From positions 33,046,001 through 33,110,000 of the forward strand of contig CM022671.1 of assembly GCA_012295275.1 (NCBI GenBank): a DNA stretch of 64,000 nucleotides. The letters run 5' to 3'. Source of the stretch: Chrysomallon squamiferum (Eukaryota; Animalia; Mollusca). Under the pieces are notes generated by a model, which was not told the DNA's origin, did no database searches, and saw only the letters and a program-made list of their open reading frames with translations. Of this stretch, positions 1 through 13,800 are shown piece after piece (the stretch's first letter is position 1; each line of letters starts with the position of its first letter). The position numbers were made by a program, and so were the translations under genes.

Positions 1-352
1 GTGTTCTAATTTGTTTACGTAAAACGACTGTGTTAATTACGGGTCATATGCGACTGCGTTAGACACCCCGAGACAAAGACTTCGGTAAAGCAGTTTTTGT
101 AACGTTTGTGTCATCTATTCAAGTCTTTGTAACATTCTCTCTTTCGTCAATTTCAGTTTTTATAACCATATATACATTAATACGATAGGTACAAATTGTT
201 TGTTTGTTTGTTTGTTTTTTTATTATTATTTTTTTATTATTATTAATATTTTCTTCATTTTTTTTAGTCAACTTCCGCATATACTCCATTTGTTTCCCTG
301 ACTTTTTTCGTGTAATCAATGTTTGAAATCAGGCAAAGACTATACTAACACA

Positions 353-397
<45 letters not shown>

Positions 398-404
398 CAC
401 ACAA

Positions 405-454
<50 letters not shown>

Positions 455-656
455 GTTGAAACGTTGACAGTCGATAACCTCTAAAATGCGGACTATTTTA
501 CTGGCCCTTTCAAGTTCGAATGATCAAACATTGACTGAATTATTTTCTTCTTTTACTATTATTATTATTGTTGTTGTTGTTGTTATTGTTGTTGTTATGA
601 TTATTATTATTATGATTATTATTATTATTATTATTATTATTATTTTTCTTATTCAG

Positions 657-2108
657 AGTTTAAATTCAGATATAGTTATCGAAGATGCCAACGGAAAGAC
701 TCAGCTGGCGGTGGACGTATTTGCCAAATCACTTAACTACATGAAGAAACATGTGCTCAGAGCCATAAGTGCTCATCTTGGTTGTGACCCCAACTCTGAC
801 ACCATTCGCTGGGTTCTCATTGTTCCGGCAATCTGGGACGAAAATGCTAAACAGTTCATGAGAGAAGCTGCCTACAGGGTAAGATTAAAATTATAGGCAG
901 ATATTATGAACACATGTAAAAATTGTTAAAATTCTAGATATTTATTCGTTTAAAAACAAAAATTGGATATTTAAATAAATCCATTTAAAAAAATAATAAT
1001 AATAATAATAATAATATATATATATATATATATATAAACAAATATTACAGTTAGAGAAAATATATTATTTTTATTTATTTATTGGTTATTGTTTCGCCAT
1101 CAGGCTGGTCTCATCGCAAAAACCAACAGTGAACAGCTTGTTATTGCACTAGAACTGGAAGCAGCATCTCTACACTGTCGCCGTCTGCAAGTCACGGATT
1201 TCGTGGGTAACAAGGACAACACTTCGGCGGTTAAACCAACTTTTGAGCCGGGCACGCTGGTGGAAGAAACGAGGAGAATGCGAAAGAACCAGAGTGTCTT
1301 TACAGGACAATTTCTGCAACTTCAAGTACAATGGCATGTACGTTCAACAGGCGATAGAAGCCTATGCGACTGAGAACAACAATGATGTCAAATTTTCTTC
1401 AGGGAAACTCGTTCTAACATCACAGGTTGTGAATTCCCTCTTCACAGATGCTTTATTGCAGATTAATGATCATATCAAGGGCTTGCTAAAAAAAAAAAAA
1501 AAATTAAAGATGTAAAATATATATTCCTTGTTGGTGGTTTCGCCGAATCGACAAGACTTCAGAACTCCCTGATGACTCAGTTTTGTGGCAGAGTTAACGT
1601 TTTCGTTCCAGAAGAGGCCAGTTTGGCTGTAGTGCGTGGCGCTGTTTCATTTGGTCATAATCCCAGCTTCATATGTCAGCGAATATGTCGCTTTACGTAC
1701 GGAGTTGGCTCCTATCTACCTTTTGAAGAAGGAGAGCATCGTGGAGATCTCAAGTTCGTCTCAGATGGTGCCACTCTCTGTAAACATATTTTCCAAACAT
1801 GGGCAGAAGCAGGCGAGGTCATAGGTTATAATGAAGTTTGGCGTGAAGAGTACATGCCCATAATTACTAATCAGAAAGGTATAATATTCGATTTTTTTCG
1901 ATCCAGCAAGAGAAACATCAAATACACTGACGAGGAAGGCATGGAGAAATGCGGTTTTCTTGCAGTTGAAATGCCAGATCTTACAGGGGACAAGGAAAGA
2001 ACAGTCGACCTCGAAGTAACATTTGGAGGTACAGAATTGAAGGTTGTAGGTACTGACCGCACCACCAAAACTAAATACGAAACATACATAGACTTTTTAT
2101 CAAATTAG
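657..2108 (+). pseudogene. HSPA12: Heat shock 70 kDa protein 12 (HSPA12A/B-like), 3' part, disrupted (probable pseudogene or mis-assembled copy)
   Basis: Exon 657-878 (...WVLIVPAIWDENAKQFMREAAYR), GT-AG intron 879-1103, then exon from 1104 (AGLI...QLVIALELEAAS...FEPGT). The frame changes near 1255 (KKRGECERTRVSL...HIKGLLKK) and again at the A16 run 1488-1503 (DVKYIFLVGGFAES...LAVVRGAVSFGHNP...RICRFTYGV...FGGTELKV), with stop at 2108. These are HSPA12 family motifs. The DxGGGTVD segment is absent and upstream exons are not in the window. Confidence 0.85.
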
Positions 2109-3125
2109 TAAGTAATTATCTGAAAATTTACACTTTGATCAGATAAACAAGCAATTTCTTTAGTATTCTGCATACTTTTAAGATATATTTTAATTAGTTT
2201 TTGCCTTCAGTTTTAATTAATAAATGTGATTCACAATCTTTATATTTACCTTTCTTTCATCATGATTACATACAGTGAGATACATACACAAAAAGCTGCA
2301 TACAAACATAATAATTTTATGTGGCTGTAGGATGGGTTTATCTTCTTTCTTTCTTTTTGTTTCAGCAGACTAAATCATTAATTGAAAAATATTTTTAGAT
2401 ACCAGTTTGAGAAAACTAAATTACCAGAAAAATTAGAAAATATTAATATGTATCTGTTAAATATTCAGTATCAGTGAAAGATTCCTGAAGGTAAGTATAG
2501 CAGCAGTTACCTATTAAAGCACCAAAGTTTCATAATAAAGAATAAAGTTTAATGAAATTTGTGTTTTATATTTTGTTACACATTAAAAACTTTCAAGTGA
2601 AAGATTCCATTGTGTGTGTGTGTGTGTGTGACTGCTTATAAATAAACATACATACTCGCATTCACCCTAAAACTTTAAACTTATTTAACTGGAACTATAA
2701 TGTATTTTAGAACACAAAATGTGTTTATAAATTATTAAAAATAATTCTGTTTTATTATTATTTTAGCATTGGTGTTACATCCTATTATCTATGTGCAAAG
2801 TCTAAGACAGGGAATATTCAAATCCTATAATACACACTTACGTGTATAAACAGGTATCTACCTATCAGTCTCTTATTTAGCTGAATATTTTGTGATTTCA
2901 GATCTAGGTCGGATCATGTTGCAACTAACGCGTAACTGTGGGAGAATGCCACAGTATCTATGAAATATCAGCAGAATGCAGTACAGTTTTGTAATTACTG
3001 CTAATATAATCATAGTGGTAGAGCTTTGACCTCAGTAATAACAGGTAGCAAGACAGGGTTATCTCACACTCCAACCGGTGTTCCATGGCGGAGTTATAAG
3101 TATCTACATCTTGAGGGAAACCTGG

Positions 3126-3405
3126 CATGTATGAATGTATGTATGAATGTATGTATGAATGTATGTATGTATGCATTATGTATGCATGTATGTATCAATG
3201 TATGTATGTAAGTATGTATGTATGTATGTATGTATGCATGTATGTATGTTTGTATGTATATGTTTGTATGAATGTATGTTTGTATGTATGTATGTATGAG
3301 TGTATGCATTTATATATACATGTATATACCCACGTAGGTGAGTATGTGTGTATGTATGTATGTATGTATCTGTGTGTTTGTATATTTGTATGTACGTACG
3401 AGTAT
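3126..3405. repeat. Degenerate (TATG)n microsatellite
   Basis: Imperfect ATGT tandem array visible directly; it generates several spurious ORFs in the track. Confidence 0.95.
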
Positions 3406-3506
3406 ACAGCATATTAAAAAGTGAAACAAATTTACCTTCATCGTAATTTACTTTCTGGTCTTTCGGGTATTCAGGACGCCGGATAATTGATCCGGTACCT
3501 GTATAT

Positions 3507-3555
<49 letters not shown>

Positions 3556-3941
3556 ATTACACATAAAAACATTAGCATATATTTAGACCTCTAATATACT
3601 AATTTTCAGTTGTACAGCGGCGGAACCGTTTAGACTTCGGTAGGATAAGAACAGTGATCTTCGTTGTAAGTTAGAAAGTATAATTAAAGGCATAATTCCA
3701 TCGTCATCATGATGATATTATTTATTTGTTTGTTCTTTGGTTCTTTTGTTTATTTGTTATTATGATCATCATTCAGGAATGTCTTTAGTATTAATTTTAT
3801 TTATTTATTTATTAGGTTTTTTTCGCAGGAAAAAATTTAGGTTCTTCCATAAGAGTACTCATGAAATCAAGAAAATGTAATCTTATTTTAAACTGTGTAT
3901 ATATAGTCACTTCAAAACTAACAGATAAAAATATAAAAATA

Positions 3942-3977
<36 letters not shown>

Positions 3978-5024
3978 AATAATAAAGATGAATCTGTTTC
4001 TCACCATTTCTTTGCAACGCTGTGACAAATGTTTATGACTTTATTATAACTGAAAGCAGAGTAGGAATGAAAGGAAATGGTAGGGTAGAGAGTATCTATT
4101 TGAAAATAACCTTAAAGAATATGTAATAAAGTCTGATATACACGATTCTGTATTTATATATAAACAAAACAATACACAAAAGAAAATAAATAAATAAACG
4201 AATTAATTAAAAGATCACTTTCATTAAAAACAGAAACAAAAACAAAAAATGTTGAGGCAAATTCTTGATATTATCATGTTCACTGATTTGTAAATAATTA
4301 AATATATTTTATTCAAAATCAGGGCCGATCTTCTAATTAATACACTGAGACAATATCAAAACGGCAAAAATATAGGTTTCAAACTGCCCGCTTATTTCAG
4401 CGCATGCGTGGTTTCAAGATAACGTCTAAAACTGGCATACAGTATTTTTGTTTTAAATAATAATTATTATTTGATTTATTTTGTAAAATAATGTTGATAC
4501 AGAATAATATTAAAATATATATATACATCAAAACAGTACAAGAAAGGATAGCACAAGAAAGTGAAAACACTTATTTCCATTGTAATTCTGAGGAAAATGA
4601 TTACGGATGCAATTATCATATGGCAGATGGTGGATACACATAGTGACATACATGCACATACAAATTATCTTATATAAATGTACCCATACTGTATTAAATG
4701 AAATGTGTGTGTTTGTGTAAAATTAAGGGTGAAATCTTGAGGACTCAGTCTTTTAGGTATTTTCTAAATATTAGTAATTAGAAATAAATAATGTTGTGGT
4801 AAATTCAGTAAAATAAATATTTTTATAGTGATATATATCACTTATTGTTATGTATGTTTGAAATGTATGTTTTATATTTAATATTATATAAAGATATATT
4901 TGTCAATAAAGACTATTCATTTGAACAACAAGTACGATATTATATTTCTAAAATTAAAAGATTAAAAACTGACTCATTGGAGCCTCGTTGTAGACTACTT
5001 TATTTCGAAGCGATATAGTTCGTG

Positions 5025-5097
5025 GTCCCCGTAGCGCAGTGGATAGCGCGCTGGACTTCTAATCCAGAGGTCGCGGGTTCGAATCCCGCCGGGGATG
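5025..5097 (+). tRNA. tRNA-Arg-TCT: tRNA-Arg, anticodon TCT, intronless
   Basis: 73-nt cloverleaf: acceptor stem GTCCCCG/CGGGGAT, A-box TAGCGCAGTGG, anticodon arm CTGGA-CTTCTAA-TCCAG, T-arm GCGGG-TTCGAAT-CCCGC, discriminator G. A TTTT Pol III terminator lies at 5106-5109. Confidence 0.97.
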
Positions 5098-6699
5098 TGC
5101 CAACGTTTTATCATCGTGCTATTTATTTATTTTTATAAAATATTTTTTATAAAAGTACTTCTTACGTTTGAAAAATATTCCCGACTTATCACTAAATCTG
5201 TAAACTATGATAAATATCTAAATGGATAGAAATTTTATCGAATGGATGGAAAACAGCCTAAATATAATTTAAACAATGGATTTGTATTTACCAAATATAC
5301 ACTAATACAGTAAGTACATTTATTAATTCACTTAAAATTCTTACATAATATACAGAGTGAAAATTAAACGAAGAAGAACGAAAAATATATAATTTTCTTA
5401 ATAGTTACTTAATGTACCGTACAATATTTAACAGATACAAATAAACTTCTAAAACAGAGTATATTTTATCTTTATTAATCCACTTGAAAAAGGAAAGAAC
5501 AAAACAGGGTCTGTTTTCTCAGTACAGGAAAGGTAATAAAGTCTGGATTTAATGCATTTTTACAATCATATTGTTATTGCGGCCATTATACTGTATAATT
5601 CCCGTGGGACAAAACTCTAACGTGCAATTCTGGGACATGTAGGACATTCGTGTTACTAGAGTCCGTGCTGCCTGGGGCAGCCGCACATTTGCCGACCCCT
5701 CACTGTCCCCCAAAAAAAAAAAAAAAAAAAAAAAAAGAAATTCGCAGCTTAGTGTCTCCCTATTAAAGGTGTGTGTATGTGTGTCTCTGTGTGTATATAT
5801 TAACTAGTTCATGTACCATTATAGTAATATATATTACTTTCACATACTTATAATACTAAAAGAAATATGCTTTAATTAAACAGCAATCATATTTAAACTT
5901 TAATGGAACGTAAAGTGACTTCACCACAAAGCAAGTAATATACTTTCAGTAAATTAATGGAAAAAAAAAAAAAAAAAAAAAAAAAAAATTCTAATAAATT
6001 GAAATTACATAGCTAAAAGTTCATACTATGTTTTAGTCTTTTATTTATAAGCGAAATATTATAAGTACCTAAGTTTGGTGTTCATTAGTTTTACCAACAC
6101 CGTAAACGATATAGCCGTATGTGCTTTGACGTCACATGTTATTTAATCTTTATCTTTAAAGGATACGCCCACTTTTTCTGAAAATGGAGATGACACTTCC
6201 TCGTTTGTCTTATTTTTTGTGGATAATATTAACATTATGATACAAGAACTTTATCAAACATTACATGAAAACACCATGAATGGATATTTGCAATTTTCCG
6301 CGAAGAAACAGGTAGTGTAATTTTTTAAATGTCTTTCTTCATCATCGTCCGCAGTATAATTTTAAAGTTTAATGAATCGGTATCGGTATGTCATCATTAT
6401 TACAACTGTAAAAAAAAATAGCAACAGCACCACCATCACAACAACAACAGCAACTACTACTACTACTACTACAACGACCCTATTTTATTCCAGTTAATTT
6501 AAAATAGTGTTTGCATGCATTTATGTGTGTATAATTATAATATTATGTTTGTATTTATATGTATAAATGTATGTGCGAATTTTTTGCCTGTATCGATTTG
6601 TAAGTAAGTGAGTATAGGGCTGATCAACTGACAAGATGTCAGAAAGACCATTTGAATTCAGACAGATAGGTATGTACGTAGGTTCGTGTACGGAATGAG

Positions 6700-6856
6700 T
6701 GACATACATTCAGACAATCAGATAAACATATGTAGAAAGATAGCCAGATACATAGACAGATAGATAGATAAACATATGTAGAAAGATAGCCAGATACATA
6801 GACAGATAGATAGACAGACAGACATATAGATAGACAGACAGACAGACAGACAGCAG

Positions 6857-6916
<60 letters not shown>

Positions 6917-7005
6917 CAGACAGAAAAAAAGAGAGATAAGCAGAGAGATAAACAGCCAGACACCAGATAGATAAAACAAAGAAAGAATGGATGGATGGAT
7001 GGATA
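6700..7005. repeat. (GATA)n/(GACA)n microsatellite region with a ~48-bp tandem duplication
   Basis: GATA and GACA arrays; 'gataaacatatgtagaaagatagccagatacatagacagatagata' occurs twice (~6721 and ~6767). Confidence 0.9.
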
Positions 7006-7404
7006 GTTGGAAATTAACGACAACATTCGTAAAGTAATGGAGTCTTTAACATTAATACTGTATAACGTTTATTGTCTGGAAAATCATTATCATCAATTTT
7101 GGTCGTTACCATGCATAAAGTATCATATATAATAGTAAACGGAAATATATATTCTCTTGGCCATACGCGTTCATTTATATTCATATAATAAGGAGATGTA
7201 ACATGATATCTATTAATGGTGTAGAAATCGAATTCAGTTTCACAAACGTTTAATATATTCCGTTTGTTTTACCCAAATGAATTGTCATCTGCTTTATTAT
7301 TATACATTTCTTACAATTTTTGACTTGTTGTTTGTGCTGTTTTTTCCTTTCTTTTGTTTGTGCTGTTTTTTTTTCCTTTTTTCTTAATAATAATAATAAT
7401 AATA

Positions 7405-7449
<45 letters not shown>

Positions 7450-7876
7450 GAATGACTAATGATTATTTTAATAAATAATAGATTATTCAAGAATATTGAT
7501 TTTTTATAATAAAAATACGAAAGTAAAAAAATCAAAATAACACTTTTAATATAGCTATTAGATCTTTATAAATTAAAGGTACTATCTTTTGTTTGATAGT
7601 TGTAGGTCTTTTAGGTTTATGAAGTGGAGTTTAATAGCATTGACGAAAAAAATAGCAATGACGGAATGAAATTAGTTCAGTCTCCCTATGATTTAAATGG
7701 CATACAGTAATTACATTACACAAACTAGAACCATTTTAGAGTTATTTCCCCTGATACAAATATGTTCAAAGAGGTCGCGGCAAGTAGTTACAGAGTGTCA
7801 AACGGGGAAACAAAGTTGAGTTAAAATGTAAATATTATTGTGAAATCGACATTAATAGACAGAATAAACAACACCG

Positions 7877-10481
7877 ATGTCATCGCTACACCTTCCTAAG
7901 GTTGTCACTCAACGTGGCAAAAGTTCTCTTGAGGTTGAAAGGGAAAACTTCGAAAGGAGACAGGTGAGCACTGAGTCTTAAAAATCTTTCATGTTATTGA
8001 ATCGTACTACTCACGGATCAGAGATCATAAAATGTGTTGAATGAACACCAAACTCATGCATAGCATTATGTTGATACGACTTGTTTGAGAACTGTTTTGT
8101 GATGGACGTTGAAAGTTATTTAGTACCTGTAAGATACTTTTCTTTATTTATAGGACAGTGCCATGTTCGTGACATACGTTCTAAAAATTAAAATTTATGA
8201 TTCATTTTCTTGTGATCACCCGATTGTTGCTGCAGTATAAATATCATTGTATGTATTTTAGTTGGAAGATATGTTTACTATCAATACAACATTTTGCCAT
8301 ACTTCATTTAATGAAAATGCAACGTATTTGAATTCTCAATTTTATTAAGAAATTTCAAAAAAATGCTGGAACTTAAAAACAGTGATAGTGAGACTATATT
8401 TCTCTTTTGTCAATCATCAATTACCACAACAAATGGCAGATCTTTGGTGTTATTAATTAGTGCATGGAACGTCAGTGTAATAAACCAGAGTTTTAAATTC
8501 AAGTTAACTAACCTCTTGTGGGGGTGGGTAGTGGTATAAAGTTTATTACTAACAGATTACAGAATGTTGAATAAATAAAGTTAAATAATTATTTACAACC
8601 TATTCTGTGAAATATTGTATCAAACTTATTGACTACACAGATCTACAAAGGGGACATTCTATGTCTTATACTTAATTATTATATGGCAGGACCAGATATT
8701 CTATTAAAGATATTTACTGCTTTTATTCTACATAGTTTTCTGTCCTCAGTGCTGTCACAGAAATAAAATAATAACAAACTAGATCTGTATAAGGAAACAG
8801 AAGTTTTGCAGTTATTAGTGCATGATAGCTTTCATGTTATTTTATTGCTATACTTTGTTTTAGGGAAGGCTGGCTTCACATAAAATAAAGCAGACACTCG
8901 GAACTGTACATAATAATTTTAGGCTTTTTTCATACTGTAACAGTTATTTTTTATAACTCCAGTGGTAGTCAGATAAGCTATCACTAAACATTATAAAAGT
9001 GTCAGCTTTTCTAAGTGAGATATTCTTAAGTTATTTGTTGTATATGTTAGATGAACAAAGCTGTCAGACCCAAGATCTGTTTAACCTAAACAGATATTAG
9101 TTACAGTATCCATTACATCAATGATCAAGGTAGAAAATGCCATAAAAATTATGAATCATGAATCATAACAAATCAGTCATTTCAGTTGCTGATATAGTTT
9201 ATTAATGGTACCAGCACTGTGTGTGTGTTGTTACTGTTGTTTTTGTTTGTGGTTGTTTTTGTGTTGTTTTTTTCAGTATTTGTATCAGTTGTATGTAAGA
9301 TATTGTATGAATAATAAGAAATGAGGGAAAATGAAAACGATACTTACTAGTGGGAGAAAAAGTTCTCTCTTTGATATATATTATACACTCTTGGGTTATT
9401 TTGTTTTAATTTATGGAAGTTGTCAGAGTCATTTTTTAATATTATTCAGATGAAGAACAATGTGTTATCCTTAAAAGTAGTTCACAAGAATGACACCAGT
9501 TATTAAAATAATTCTTTTTCTTTCTTGCATTACTTCATATGCACTTTTTATCATATTATGTACTATATATTCATTTAAAAATGAAAAAGAAATTAAGGTT
9601 ACAGTTATAACCCTGATTTATGCATTAATGCAACTAAGATATAATTCAGTTATCACTTACTACAGTTAGATTATAAATAAATAAAATTCAGTTATGTTAT
9701 AAAGAGATGTCATAATAAAAATTCATACAGTTTCATATATTAAATAACTGAATTATCTGAATATGGCCACAGGTTAATATAAAGTATCTGGGTTATCTGT
9801 CATAGTCTGGATTAATAATTGTAATTCTTTGTTATTAAGTGTAAGTTAATACAACAGAACTTGGGTGTCATAGTGTGTGTGCTGAAACAAATACATAATG
9901 GTAATTTTATTACCTTGGTATATGTTAAAAGAGTTTATTTCAAAATTCTGGTATTATTACAGAAATTAAAACTTTCTTAAATGTATATACAACTGGTTAT
10001 CATTAGTAAATATATCATTGGTGGTTAAATTTGTAAACTATTGGATCATACTCTGTAATAAACATTTGGTATTTACAACACTGTTGAAATTTCAGTGAGA
10101 TGTCACAGAAGCATGTTAGTTCACAGACAAATGATGTATTGAAATACGTCATATTTGTATTTATATATTTTAATACAGGAGATCAAACAGGTATATAACA
10201 CACACGCACAGACGGAGAGAGAGAAAGAGAAACACACTTATCTAATGTATGGATAATTAAATATAATATGTAATAAATTAGGTATGTATCACACACATGC
10301 ATTTTGAATTCATACACAAAATATAGCAGTTTAAATCATTATAATTACACAGCTGTGTGGTAATATATCTACAATACTTGTACATCTTGAGAACAAACAC
10401 CTTGTTAGTTCACAACAAATGACATATTGAAATAAGTGTTTGTATTTATAGACCTTAATCAGTGAGATCAAACACATATAT

Positions 10482-10515
<34 letters not shown>

Positions 10516-10786
10516 CAACAGAGAGAGAAAATGAAACACACTTATTTAATATATGGATAATTAAATATGATGTGTAATAAATTAGGTATGTATCACACAT
10601 ACATGTATCTTGAATTAATACATATAGTTTATAGCAGTTTAAACTGATATACAAACGTGGTAAAATATCTACAGTACTTGTACATCTGGAGAACAAACAC
10701 CTTGTTAGTTCACAACAAATGATGTATTGAAATAAGTATTTGTTTGTATTTATAGACCTTAATACAGTGAGATCGAACAATTATAT

Positions 10787-10826
<40 letters not shown>

Positions 10827-13800
10827 CGACTGAGAAAGAGAAACACACTTATTTAACGTATGGATAATTAAATATGATGTGTAATAAATTAAGTATGTAT
10901 CATATATACAGGCATCTTTAATCCATACATTATAGTTTATAGGAGTTTAAACTGTTATACAAACATGTGGTGTCATATCTACAGTACTTATACCTCTTGA
11001 GAATAAACACCTTGCCTCTTTACAGATACATTAACTCTGTGCTATTTTGTGTTTACAGAAAAACCTCACCTAATTAGAATGTTTAAACTGAGCAGGTCTT
11101 AGTCTTAAATTAGATCTACGCTTGACATCCACCTTCCTGCCCCTTTATCACAGCTAACAAAGTATGTGTGAGAGCTGAATATAACATAGATACATGTGAA
11201 TGTAACAGCAGGAGATTTCCATGCAGCTTTGTAGGAATGTACAAATTAATTAAGATGGACCAGCATTATTAAACATTTTTTATTAAATTTATTACTTCAT
11301 TCAATCATTATCAGTGAATCTTTTTGTTAGATATTTTTTTTATTTATTCATTTGTTAAATTATTATTATTATTATTATTATAAGTAAAATATTTAAATAT
11401 TTACTGTCGTAATAGTGTTTGTTTATTTCTTCCACATATCTTTTTTATTTCCTTTAAAAAATGTTATTACAAATTTCATAAAATTGCTTACAAATATTAG
11501 GTATATTATTAAAATAAAATTAGAAGAAAAAATGTATTTCATATAATTATTCTGATTTATTTTAATTTGTCTTAATTTGACAAACAAAACAAAAAAATAA
11601 TAAAAACTGTTTCAAAATAAAAAACTGTTTTTGCAAAATAAAAATTTGGATTTTTGTTTTAGGCTTGGTTAATACTAGTTCAACCTGAATTTTTAATTCA
11701 CATGATTCAAAAATATGCTGATTAAAAATATGCTGTGGTATTTTTATTATAATATTGATGTGTATGTCAGTGGTTAGGATAAGTGTGTTGTCTACATACT
11801 ACATGGATTAGCTTTTATTCATTTCTTTTGTGAAACTAGTTGTATAAAATAATAAAGGATGAAAATCTGGTATTGTCTGGGTTTTATTTTATTTCTTATC
11901 TATATAGTATATACCACAATGTATATTGGTTGATCAATATTATCTAAATACATCATGGATTAATATAACAGGAGTCCTTTCAAAAATGGTTTGACTGTTT
12001 TGACTCTTGGTTATCGATTTATATAACTACATACATACATACATACATACATACATACACCATCATACATACACACATTTATCAAGACAGATTGAATATA
12101 TGGGGAAAGAAAAGCAAATAATTAATTTGGTTCACTTGTGTATTATAGTCTGTGGAAGACGTTTGATGTTAATTTTATTTTATTTTCAGACTGTTGCAAT
12201 AAACAAAGCAATCAATGCACAAGAAACTCCAGTAAAAGAAAAACATGTCCGAAGTATCCTTTTTTATTATTATTAATACTGCTATTTTTATTATTATTGT
12301 TTTTAATGTTACTTCTATATTTTTAAGAATATTATTTTTTTTTTTTTTTTTTGTTGTTGTTCTTGTGATTATATTACTATTAACAATGTTGATGTAGTAT
12401 TTGTTGTTCATGTGATGCTGAAAGATATTGTAATACAAAGAAAGGAAATGGCTGCAAGTATATAAAACAGCATGCAGTGATTCCTTCAAAATATCAATTT
12501 ACATTACTTGGATTAGTATTATTTTTATATTTTATTTTATAGGTTTATTTATATATTTATTATTACATGCAGAGGATGTGGCCAAAATTATCAATTGGAG
12601 ACAGAAAAATGTTAAAAAAAAAAAAAAAAAAAAGCACTGGCTTTCAGGCTTTAAGCCTGGAATCCTGTTTATTTTAGTCCAGAGTCAGTGAGATCAGATG
12701 CAACTGGCTTTCATCCAGCCATTTAATTACATCAAAGTGAACATGTACAGTTTATACACAAATACTAGATAGTCTTAATTCAGTATATATCTGTGACACA
12801 AATGTTTGTGCATATTGCTGCCAAAGACAGACTTTTTTTGTTTTTTTTCGATGTGTACAAATTTATGTAATTATGTTTTCTGTTTTCTGTGCAGATGGAG
12901 GTATGCCAGGTACGAAATTGTTTTAATTTTATTTTATTAATAAAATATAATAGTCTGAACTGTAATTTTAATTATTCTAATTATTTAAAATAAAATTTAA
13001 AATGTTCAAACATTTTTTAAAGTATACAATTTATTTCATTATAATTATTTTTATTTACATTTTTAAATTAGTAAAGTAAAGTATAACCATTTCTCATATA
13101 GCAGATATTCAACAAATTTTGTTTTTAAACATTCAGTGCATATAGCTATGATATATTGTTAATAAATTGCCTTTATAGATATTCATTTACATCCTCAAGC
13201 AAAAACTTCAACATGATAAAATAAAGGGTTTGGGTCATTTTTAACAAATACATAATTATATTGCTATGATTATAAAGAAATTGTTAATAAATTGCCTTGA
13301 ATAGATACAAAAATTTGAATCCTCAATAAAGCACTTTGTATTACATGATCAAAAATAAAGGGAATGGGTCATTTTTAACAAATACATAATTATATTACTT
13401 AATAAAAATACAGTTTTTAAATATATTGTTGGAAACATCTTCATAATTTTAAACTTATTTTAAAAAATATATATTTTAGGAATATATATATATATATCTT
13501 AAAGTATTTGAAATTTCTTAACTTTACAGAAAACTGAATAATAAACTTTTATTACATAATTACACAATACCATAATACTTTTCAAATTCATTTCTGTCAT
13601 TTCTACAAAATATAATAAAACAATAGATTTTTCATTTAATAAATCTGTATTCTTCATCCCCATACCACTATGTACATTACATGATAAAATACAAGATTCT
13701 TGAGTGTTTTCGGAAACATATACATTAATTCATATACAGTGTTTTCCTGCATGAGTCATAGATCTAATGCATTTTGACAATCCCATAAATCTAGAATGAC

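Noticed and set aside
486-656. Hydrophobic N-terminus of ORF 486-896 as a transmembrane segment
   Set aside because: It is (ATT/GTT)n intron sequence before the acceptor at 656.
5580-5710. GC-richer stretch before a poly-A run as an RNA gene
   Set aside because: No Pol III boxes or recognisable fold; more likely a non-autonomous transposon fragment that I cannot classify.
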